Shown piece after piece: positions 19,801 to 28,500 of a stretch of DNA of 64,000 bases. Source of the DNA: a virus (lineage: Duplodnaviria; Caudoviricetes); the IMG/VR virus record IMGVR_UViG_3300024264_000029, positions 664-64,663 of that record; one strand, written 5' to 3'. The notes beneath the pieces were generated by a model. The model was not told the origin of the DNA and did not search any database. It was given only the letters and a program-made list of their open reading frames with translations. Positions within the stretch are counted from its first letter, which is position 1, and each line of letters opens with the position of its first letter. Made by a program: the position numbers and the translations under genes.

Positions 19801-22800
19801 TCTGGATCAAATACGTTACCAACTGTATGGTCTACAAATCTATCTACAATAAATCCATTTTTAAATCTATCATTTCCATTTTCATCTTTTACTGCTAAAT
19901 CCATGGTATCTTTTTCTAGCATGTTCAGAGATGTATAGTATTCTAGATTTTCAATTCTTTTTTCTAACTTACCGATATCCCGCATTGTATATCGTTTATT
20001 GTCGCGCATCTTAGTTGCAATTGCTTTAGGCCCGACAGTATATGGATCAGATTCTAATTCATATAATACCATACCCTCTGATGGATCTTCTGGCATAGAT
20101 GGATTTTCTGCTGGAGAACCATATTTCAATCTAACTCTTCCAAGCTTGTCCATGAATAGTTTATCTTTTCTTGCAAGGTAAACTCTGAGATCAGCACTCA
20201 CTGCAGTACCATCAATTGGATAATCCGTTGCCGAGGAAACCATACCTCTTCCAAATGGATATCCTGTAGTTTGTATATAGCTGGCAACAGGGCGGAAATC
20301 TAAGACATCTGAAAGTCTCTCAGAACCATAATATCCAATACTTGCATATCCATCAACATATGAGTCTACAGATGCATAATCTCCAACTCCATGGTTATAA
20401 TATGAATATATTGCTATCGGTCTACCACCACAAGGAAGACTTCCTGGCTTCAGATCCAATTCTCCCAATTGAATGATAGATGGTTTTTGTCCATCGAATA
20501 GATCATATCTGTCTGTGATATCATTAAGTTTGACAGGAACTTCTGTAGGATTTGTTATAAGATTTCCATTAGTCCAAGCATTAATAATTTCTGTATTAAA
20601 TGGATTTTCAATTCCATCAACAACAAGTAATACTGCTAATTCTGTAAGAGAAGTTGTTACAGAGTTGTCTAAATTTACATTAAATGGAGATTGTCCAGTT
20701 TGTTCATAAAATTCATAGGCCTTGAATGCAAAATCAAAATCTGCTGTAGTCATTTCATGAATAAATTTTTTGTTGTCTGAGACAACTCCAGTTCTATATG
20801 CAACATTATTTACATTACATGTGTCATATAATTTTATTAATTCTCTAACATCTGCGTTCTGTAGTTGCAAATTCGACAAACTCATACTAACATCACCACT
20901 TGCACCAACCGCAAAACTAGGATTGACAGTTCCTGTAGATGCGCTACTATTGATTCCCAACACATCTGCTTCATAGGAACTAGTCGTATCGTTAACGGCA
21001 CCAACAGTGTTGTCGTAATTTGCAGAATTGATAGCAGAGCCTTCAATTCCAACAAGACTTAATGGCAATTCGATGTAATTTTTTACTAGAGTTTTTGTTT
21101 TTTCTTTTGCATTAGTCTTTTTCATGGGAACTAATGCAGTAAATCCAGAAGTAATAGCACCAGTACCTGTCACATCAAAAGAAACCGTTCTCAAGTCTGC
21201 AGAAAACGCTAGGTTTTGTATATATCCAACAAGTCCAGAAGTATCGCTTGAATTAGCACTAGAAAATATGTTATATAGTGATGGAATATTTTCAAAATAT
21301 GTATCTGCCTCTGTGGCAATTAGAGTGACAGTACCAGCAGGAAATGAAACTGAATTGAATTGCTTCATCACAGAATATTGAGTGTCAATTGATGAAACAC
21401 CTGTCAATTCATTTATGTTTCTTGCAGTCCGTACCCATTTTTTTCCAGTATCAACTAAACTAGATCCGCTAGTGTTATGTAAAACAGATTTACTAAAAAT
21501 TCTGGCAAGGACATTTCCAGTATCGGCCGTTTGAGAATTATTCCATGAAGCTGCATTTGTAGTTGAAGTATCCGTAGAAGGTATTGCCTCGCTGATTAGT
21601 TCATTTGTTGTAAATGAGGCGGATGGTAATACTCCAGAACCTTCTGCTCCGGCAGTAATATTTCCAGAGTTTAAAGGTTTTATCAGCATGGTATTGGTTA
21701 TGTTATTATGATAATAATTAATACCTCTAAAGTTTACATTATATCTATCAAATATTAAACTTTTAGGAGTAAATCCACCCTGCACTTCAGTCAAATCTAA
21801 TTGTGTCAGAATATTTCCAGCATTTTCATATATGTCAGAACTAGAGTTGGAGACTGTTGTTTCGCTTACAATAGACCTTGCGTCGATCATTGTGTATGGT
21901 TGGGTTGTTCTAGGATTTAATTCATATTCAATGTCATATAGATATACTTTATAAATCGCAGATTCTTTTGATTGCTCAATATCATCTGTTGGTCTATAAT
22001 TAGATTGTAGATAGTTATTCAATCTTGCGCTATTAGAAGACTCTGAAAAATATTCTACAGCCTTTACTTTTGCTGTTGCAATCACATCAACACCATAAAT
22101 ATTTGTTCCTAGAGTGGTTCCCCCACCTTGAAAAAATATAGAAGTTGGATCATATGTTATTGTGTGAAGATAGTTCGATTCGCCAGAATCTATATTAGAA
22201 TCTATATTAATAAATTGAGAAGTTCCACTTTGCGACGAATGCACATTTACAAGATTGACAGATTCGTCAATTTTAAATAAACCTTTAGTATCTGTAACAT
22301 ATATAAATGAACCCAAATTTACTGGCATATACTTATTATTGATTTGATAATTACTTCTAGATTTATCAAATATTACATACTTAGATTGATTTGAAGATGG
22401 TTTTCTTTCAATTTCATATCCTCTTACATATGCCTTACCAGCTTCAACCCCTACTGCTAGTTTATCTCTAATCGCATCTAAAAGATTTTCGTGCGTCTGG
22501 CCAGGATAGTATAACAATCCAGTATTGTCTAAATTTTGATCTGCATATGTCGTTAAATCTATAGTAGAAATTGTATGGGCCTGTCCGTCACCATCAACAA
22601 CCATTCCTAAATCATCTGGAAAATTTTGTAATGCAAAATCTTTTGCAGCAACCTCAGTTTCAAAAACTAAATCCGACATCGTATATACGCCGCCGTTATT
22701 ATTTTCGCTGAAATATTCTCTGATATCTAATTTAAATGGACGAACTGTATAATCACCAGATTCGTCATATGTTCTTCTAGCTAACGTTTTCATCAATACA

Positions 22801-23768
22801 GAATAATCTGTAGAAGAAACATAGTTGCTAACAAATCCATTTCTAACTGCAATCAACTCAACAAAATTTGTAGTATCAATTGCGTCATAATCTCTCTTAG
22901 CAAGAGTTAATTGAACCTTGTATCTATCAGCGCCAGGAGAATTATAATTAGTTGTTCCTAATGAATTATCTAGAAGACTTGGGTCGTCATTATAATTAAC
23001 AACAGATTCCGATATTTCTAGGCCAATTTTATATGATGGTGTGTTTGAATATTTGTCAAGAATTAAACTCTGAGATGCAACTCTTACCAAATTTCCATTG
23101 ATGTAGTACACACCCTCTTCGATAAATGCTTGCGATCCAATTCCGATTGGATTTTGTACAGTTGAAGATGTTTGAACTGTACAAACTAAATTCACCCCAT
23201 CGGTTGTTGTTGCAACAAGTTCTTCTCCCTCAACGAAAGTAGAAGTCTGTCCTTCAGAAATTGTTACAGTTTCTCCATTTACGGTAAATGATGCTGTACC
23301 GCCATCTAGTATGTTTACTGTCGTTCCATCACTAAATGTTGTAGAACCAGATGTTGTACCATCCAAATACTTTAAGTATAATGTTGTAAACTCGTCATTG
23401 TCGCCGTCGATTACATCATCATTATTCAAATCAACTTCATCGGAGTAATTGACAACCAATGCACGTATGCCTGTGCTCTTACCCTGTACTATCTTTCCCA
23501 CGAAACCATTGGCAGTAGAAAGTGTTCCGTTAAGAGAAACTTTGACATAATTTGCCTTTAAGTCCAACGCGGCCTGGCCAGGAATTACCATTGCTCCTTC
23601 TTTGAAGAAATGGTCTGATAAATTTGATATTTGCCCCTGCAAAATACTTTGCAGTTGGGTCATCTCTCTTGCCTGAACAGAATTGCCGGGCTTGAATAGT
23701 ATTTTTAGATAACCCTTATTTACGTCAAAATCATCAAAATAGGGGGTGACATTAAGATTTAAGGCCAT
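16827..23768 (-). CDS. Giant virion/baseplate-associated protein, VrlC/DUF4815-like
   Basis: 2313 aa. Motifs NLNVTPYFDDF..KILFKPG..VQAREMTQLQS, LARRTYDESGDY, YTMRDIGKLEKRIENLEYYT, DPLAQT and FKSQNASTWT are typical of this marine myovirus family. Confidence 0.8.
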   Translation of the reverse strand: MALNLNVTPYFDDFDVNKGYLKILFKPGNSVQAREMTQLQSILQGQISNLSDHFFKEGAMVIPGQAALDLKANYVKVSLNGTLSTANGFVGKIVQGKSTGIRALVVNYSDEVDLNNDDVIDGDNDEFTTLYLKYLDGTTSGSTTFSDGTTVNILDGGTASFTVNGETVTISEGQTSTFVEGEELVATTTDGVNLVCTVQTSSTVQNPIGIGSQAFIEEGVYYINGNLVRVASQSLILDKYSNTPSYKIGLEISESVVNYNDDPSLLDNSLGTTNYNSPGADRYKVQLTLAKRDYDAIDTTNFVELIAVRNGFVSNYVSSTDYSVLMKTLARRTYDESGDYTVRPFKLDIREYFSENNNGGVYTMSDLVFETEVAAKDFALQNFPDDLGMVVDGDGQAHTISTIDLTTYADQNLDNTGLLYYPGQTHENLLDAIRDKLAVGVEAGKAYVRGYEIERKPSSNQSKYVIFDKSRSNYQINNKYMPVNLGSFIYVTDTKGLFKIDESVNLVNVHSSQSGTSQFINIDSNIDSGESNYLHTITYDPTSIFFQGGGTTLGTNIYGVDVIATAKVKAVEYFSESSNSARLNNYLQSNYRPTDDIEQSKESAIYKVYLYDIEYELNPRTTQPYTMIDARSIVSETTVSNSSSDIYENAGNILTQLDLTEVQGGFTPKSLIFDRYNVNFRGINYYHNNITNTMLIKPLNSGNITAGAEGSGVLPSASFTTNELISEAIPSTDTSTTNAASWNNSQTADTGNVLARIFSKSVLHNTSGSSLVDTGKKWVRTARNINELTGVSSIDTQYSVMKQFNSVSFPAGTVTLIATEADTYFENIPSLYNIFSSANSSDTSGLVGYIQNLAFSADLRTVSFDVTGTGAITSGFTALVPMKKTNAKEKTKTLVKNYIELPLSLVGIEGSAINSANYDNTVGAVNDTTSSYEADVLGINSSASTGTVNPSFAVGASGDVSMSLSNLQLQNADVRELIKLYDTCNVNNVAYRTGVVSDNKKFIHEMTTADFDFAFKAYEFYEQTGQSPFNVNLDNSVTTSLTELAVLLVVDGIENPFNTEIINAWTNGNLITNPTEVPVKLNDITDRYDLFDGQKPSIIQLGELDLKPGSLPCGGRPIAIYSYYNHGVGDYASVDSYVDGYASIGYYGSERLSDVLDFRPVASYIQTTGYPFGRGMVSSATDYPIDGTAVSADLRVYLARKDKLFMDKLGRVRLKYGSPAENPSMPEDPSEGMVLYELESDPYTVGPKAIATKMRDNKRYTMRDIGKLEKRIENLEYYTSLNMLEKDTMDLAVKDENGNDRFKNGFIVDRFVDHTVGNVFDPDYKVSISKTEGVLRPFFSEKLVNMTLDARSSSGYAIKEQKIHLPYTSEYLITQEKSSKTVNVNPFAIFTFRGSISMFPSTDEWKETKQAPDIVTDRREQYDNIFGALLPQDGVMGTMWNGWEENWTGRDDSSTASTRRANRSNATASIFTPIVASAGLVRQETTTITTTTLTGQKTRTGTEQLVSMRDDRESVGTRTVSTEIIPFIRARDVYFSGEKLKPNTKLYQYFDGVNVSDFCKTTVKLTTTDTPAVTATWRRENPSLVRDNLGQVIIRGGTTNTEARIYDINYLAATSLRLHLQSNADSLGFSEGETIFIVYPDPDQGTGEKSRNIGTWKASGIVSGSNSIISDSSGFVSGIFSIPNSDNMKFKTGERIFKMSDQPNNSQDTDTEAQTTYVASGTIETVADQIILTRLPDFSTREVSDSEAITDTSINTTVTAGGWYDPLAQTIMINQDGGCFITAVELFFSTKDATKPVTVQLRQTVNGYPGPKILGQSIVYPENAAVSDDGTLPTSFVFPSPIYVQDETEYCIVIMADTQGYRCHVARMGEDSLDGSGKISQQPYAGVFFKSQNASTWTADQMEDLKFRVSRAKFDTNTQAEIYLQNNERDDNGNDLWAEKLNRNSLKVFNGDTKVTFSISDSGGMVATKFWQSNGYNYVTLKNFFGTYGVFPSESFNGTHLVTDTTYNSFTIDLRNPFYPIGSSTSQVAYNGSVLPTTDDLFTPKSNTASSPTVSSNFKYDLIKPIIQNIELPKTSMTFSMRGLSGTSQDSTQVPGIKDPIYSGFIPNTNYELTSPKMVATYFNENEFNTESSPIDKKSLVFRVGMRTEVDNLSPIIDTQRMSAILISNQTNSPANVADGVIGHVNTGFVDETSAAGGSVATKYMTREVTLDQPATSLRVLASVNRQDGCDVDFYYRVKTSEDQLFSKLSYTLMSRPAAYNIASTGPEDYKEFDFDLRGLSEFTSVSIKIVLKTNNSSIVPKVKDFRVIALAS

Positions 23769-23789
23769 ATTTTCTTTCTCTCAATTTAA

Positions 23790-25460
23790 TTAAAATTCAA
23801 AGACAACTTTGATATCTTCGATCTGGTCGATTGCTCTAGCCACTGGCTGTCTGTTTTCTGTATAAAGTACTTTACCAGAACCAGTCAAAATATCAAATGG
23901 TTCTTCATCAGCAGTTCCAAAATCTGGGTGTTTTGGTCCTCTGTAAGATTCTTCCGTTGCCGGTGGATTATCAGACGTTGCCTCTTGAGGATCTGCCACA
24001 ATTGCGATTTGTCTGAACTGTGCCTCATCACCAGAAACAGGGAATATAACTTTAGTTTCAGAATTTCCTAAACTATTATCTCTGGTTGATTGTTCGTCAT
24101 ACTCCAATCGCATGGAAACCATAACATAATATCCAGCTAATTCTTCTATTGCATTGTACCCATGACCATAATCTGGAGAAATAATCGGTTTTACTTTACA
24201 TGCATTCACATTTTGATTTCCATTACCATCCACTGCAGGCACATTAGATGTATCAATCTCGGCAGAATCTACTGCACTCCAGTTTGCACCTTTAGCAGTA
24301 ATTACCATACTAGAAATTTTATCAATAGTAACAATACCATATGCCGAAAACCCTGCACCATTTCCGGCAACTGAAACGCCAGGCGCGATGATGAGGTTTC
24401 TATCAGCACCACCAGTAAAGGTGCCGTTGACTGTCACTGCAGCTGTGGTTCCTGTGACGTTCCACTGTGTGATTTCAAACTGTTCATTATTTCCCAAATC
24501 GATTATAAAATATTTTGTATAATCAAGAGATGTATTAGATATATTAGGAATAGATAAAGTATTTCCTGTTAATGCTATTCCAGTTTTATTAATATTCGGG
24601 TGATATCCAGACCCCCCAGATACAGCACCACCCACTTCATTTGGTTCGATTTTGATCCACTCAATTTCGCCATCTATGCCGGCAGCATTTTGTTGAATTT
24701 GCCACTGCACATATTCTGCACTAGAAACATCCACTGGCTCATATAAAATCGTATCAACTGGAATATAATCTTTTGTTAAAAACTTTAATGCATCCGACAG
24801 TTCAATTGAATACATGTACTTCCAAACATACCCATCAGAAGTTTCTTGAAATTCAGTAGTAGATGTTGAAGTAGGTTTGACAGTAGATGCGACCGTTTGC
24901 ACACCTACAGCATCATCTACATATGCTCTGTTATTAATACATTTATACACATTATATTGATTTCCAGAATCTGTTACAACATAATTGTTTGGAATGATTT
25001 CTTCTGGGGAATCATGTTCGAACATAGTATAAACTCTACCAGAAGTCCAATTAATTCTTGGAATTGCAAGAGTCATATCTGCATAGTTTACTTTTTTCAT
25101 AGCGATAGTATCTGCGTTCACACTATAACCATAGCCAATAGAATCTTGTGGAGTTGGTGGATTTGCATCATTAGTCCATGGAGTATGTTTTGCAACTGAC
25201 ATGTACAGATTATTGTACACCGCCAGTCCTTGATGTATCCATGTAACTGTGCCATCAGTCAATGAAGATGGCGTTGGGCCGGTTCCAGTTGCCGCTGATG
25301 TGCCTGTAGCCACTGCGACAAAGAGATTTCTATTGTTTACAACCGAATCGCCAGCACTATATGATTGGTTAGTATTCCAAACTGGGGCCGAACGATTTAT
25401 TGATTGCAAAAATTCTTGAGCGTTAAAAATTCTCAATTTATTTGTGATAATTGCTGCCAT
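23790..25460 (-). CDS. gp8: Baseplate wedge subunit gp8
   Basis: MAAIIT..LRIFNA..F start, VYKCINN, DGYVWKYMYSI, and C-terminal ILTGSGKVLYTENR.P..R..DQIEDIKVVFEF. Confidence 0.85.
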   Translation of the reverse strand: MAAIITNKLRIFNAQEFLQSINRSAPVWNTNQSYSAGDSVVNNRNLFVAVATGTSAATGTGPTPSSLTDGTVTWIHQGLAVYNNLYMSVAKHTPWTNDANPPTPQDSIGYGYSVNADTIAMKKVNYADMTLAIPRINWTSGRVYTMFEHDSPEEIIPNNYVVTDSGNQYNVYKCINNRAYVDDAVGVQTVASTVKPTSTSTTEFQETSDGYVWKYMYSIELSDALKFLTKDYIPVDTILYEPVDVSSAEYVQWQIQQNAAGIDGEIEWIKIEPNEVGGAVSGGSGYHPNINKTGIALTGNTLSIPNISNTSLDYTKYFIIDLGNNEQFEITQWNVTGTTAAVTVNGTFTGGADRNLIIAPGVSVAGNGAGFSAYGIVTIDKISSMVITAKGANWSAVDSAEIDTSNVPAVDGNGNQNVNACKVKPIISPDYGHGYNAIEELAGYYVMVSMRLEYDEQSTRDNSLGNSETKVIFPVSGDEAQFRQIAIVADPQEATSDNPPATEESYRGPKHPDFGTADEEPFDILTGSGKVLYTENRQPVARAIDQIEDIKVVFEF

Positions 25461-25493
25461 GTTTTTACCTTTTGAATCTTTGTAAGTTTGTAC

Positions 25494-25501
25494 TATTTAT
25501 A
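25494..25501 (-). promoter_or_regulatory. T4-type late promoter TATAAATA
   Basis: Exact match upstream of gp8. Confidence 0.8.
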
Positions 25502-25507
25502 ATCTTT

Positions 25508-28500
25508 TTAATCGACTAAAGTAGAACTTATTATAATATTTAATTCCTCTATACTAGAAGGAGATGAATTGTATGTTACAATATTGGATTCTGATGCAAA
25601 ATTAGATTTATCATGTAGTCCGCCAGGAACTGCATACTTCCCAAAAGTATTTAAATATAGTTCATTTTCGTCAAAATCTATTCTGTCAACATTATAATCC
25701 AACATCTGCACCTTTTCATTAAACTTTGCCCTTTCAACTGATAAGTTAGTTGGGCCCATTCTCTTTCTTGTACTAGAATTTGGTTCTTCTTCACTCATGA
25801 CCAAATAAACAGGATTTAAATCTACATGTGCATCTAATACTGCTCTGTATTTTCTATCCGATTTTTCAGTTATTTCTGCTATTCTAGTATTCGTCCATTT
25901 ATGATCTGTTCCATCCGTATTCGCAATCCATTCATCATCACCATCTACTTCTACTGGCAAGAAATACCACATATTATATTGTGTTGGTCTTCTTGCAACA
26001 TGTGTCAAAGTAGTACCTTGTATCAATTTTCTTCTATTTAGCCACGGAGATGTATACATTTCTGCCTGTGGACTGAACAAATATGGAGAAAGGTTTTGCC
26101 AAGGAAAAGATGCAGTAAAGTAAAACTTAAATCTTTCTAGAGAACGGTAAGTTGTGTGTAGAGTTGGAACATCTCCTTCTTTATTATTGTTATATCTTCC
26201 AGAAATATTTATGATCATTTTTTCATCTCTTGGATTGGCACCATCTGCTGTGGAACCTATCCAATGATTTGGTTGTCTATCAACATTTCCTCTAAATATA
26301 TTATCCCATCTGAACTCCACTCTATTTTCTGGAGATAGATTTGGCATAGTCTTATAATGACGCAAGTATTTAACGCTAAGAATTGCATATCTATCTTCAG
26401 CATCATCATCAAATTCTACAGAAGTAACTTCATATTTACCCCAAGGCCGAGTATTCAACCATTCATCACTTGTAATATTTGCATCTGAAGTATCATATAC
26501 AGTAAAGTTATTTCCAATGATTTCAGATTCATAATAATTTGCATTATCAGTGCCGAAAGCATCTTTATAATTCAATGCAATTTTTTCCACTAAATTCCAA
26601 TCTAGGGCATCTGCATTTGAGCTATCTAAAAGTGCATATCTACCCGAACCAGTATCAACAGATGCTGCCCCAATAGTATCATCGGATATTTCGCCAGTAC
26701 CAACACCGGCATATAATCCATCAATCATACTATCGATTGTTGGTTGTCTATTGTCATATGTAACTCGTATTCCATGCGAATTTAAATTGTTTGTATCTTG
26801 AACATCAGAGTGTCCATAAGTCCATCTTCCCAAACCATCCATATTTTTGACTTTAAGATTAATATTTTTAATAATCTCATAAATCAACTGACTCCATGCA
26901 GAGTTTGTAGTTCTTCTCAGGCCTGCCGTAGTGGTTATAGAATATTCACCAAACATCATCATACCAGCTGGGTGTAGAACCTTTTTAACTATTTTTCTCC
27001 ACTCATCAATATATCTTCCAACTTTTATAACATAAGAATAGTCTTGCCATAGATAACTATCCGTAATTCTATTATTATCGGATAAGAACCCTTGATCGTT
27101 TATATATGCACCCTCTCTTACACAAAGAGGGCCTGTCTTGACTGTTACTTGTGCATCTCCATTACCTATGCTTGAAAGGTCTATTGTGGGTGCTGTGTCA
27201 TATCCTACTCCAAAGCCATCATATTCATCTTGGATATCACTTTCAAATATCTTTACCTTACTAATTCCACCAATAGAACTTCCCATACCTTTGAAAAATG
27301 CTCCATCGCCTTGTGAGGAATAACTTAGAGTTTTATTCCTCACATAACCATATGGTTGTCTAATATAATTAGCACCTTTGCTTATAAGTCTTGTTCCAGA
27401 AACTCCAGCAGGAGGCCGCGCAGAATATTTAACTCTTAACGAATGGCCATCTGGTAAGTTGTATGTAGAATATATTCCAGTAGCATCAGCATGACGCAGT
27501 GAAATTTTATTACCAGCAGCTGCGTTTGTGTTGTCGTATATAATATATTCAACATCATCTTCAATATTAGAATACGAAGAAACTTTTACTATATCACCTT
27601 CAGATAGTCCACTATTAAAAATTATCTGCTCACCGTCTGTTGCAGTAAAGTTTGTATTTGATACATCATTAACTAATATATTGACTTGGAGTGATGCATC
27701 ATATTCAAGGGCGAATATGGTCTGGCCCTGATCTGCTGTAAAAGTATTTTGCTGTTGTGTAGAGTTTCTTATAGTTCTATAACTAGGAACAGGATTTACA
27801 TGAATAGGATTTAATCCGTTGCCACTTATTGGATTTTCTGTACCCCTATCTTCAACTAAGATATCTCCATCTACATTTATTGGTTGTTCTTCATATCTCT
27901 GCCCTGAGGTAAACCTCATACTACCAAAGAAACCTAACGTATAATCGAACATAATATAATCTGCACTCACCTCTTGTCTTGCACCAACATAAAAGTTAGT
28001 TCCAGATGAGTATTGCAACATATTAACACTTGAAATTGTATCTTCTTTTTTGCCATCTACATATAGTGTAGTGCTGGCATTTGAGAAATGAATAGCAATA
28101 TGATGCCATTTTCCAAATTCCAATTGAGCAGAAGTTAATTGATTGCCACCACCATCTTCCAATAATAATGTTCCATCTGGTCTTTGCCAAAGGATTGATT
28201 TTTGTTCGCCAGTATTTTCAACATTAAAAGAGAATAAAGTTCCGCCAGGAGATGAAAGATCAGTAACCGATATAGATTTTCTAAAATACCAAAAGTCTAA
28301 TGTCAATTCTCCAGAAGTTAATTTTTCGTCCAGTACTGCATCAATATCATTAGTTCTCGTATAGCCAAAATTAGTGAATAGTGCGTTATCGCCTACTTTA
28401 GATAATCCGGCTACAAAATTATCTTTAATCCACTGATATCCCAATCTTTGTCCAGAAATAGTTAGAGTTTGACCTACTTCATATCCAGAACCAGCAAAAC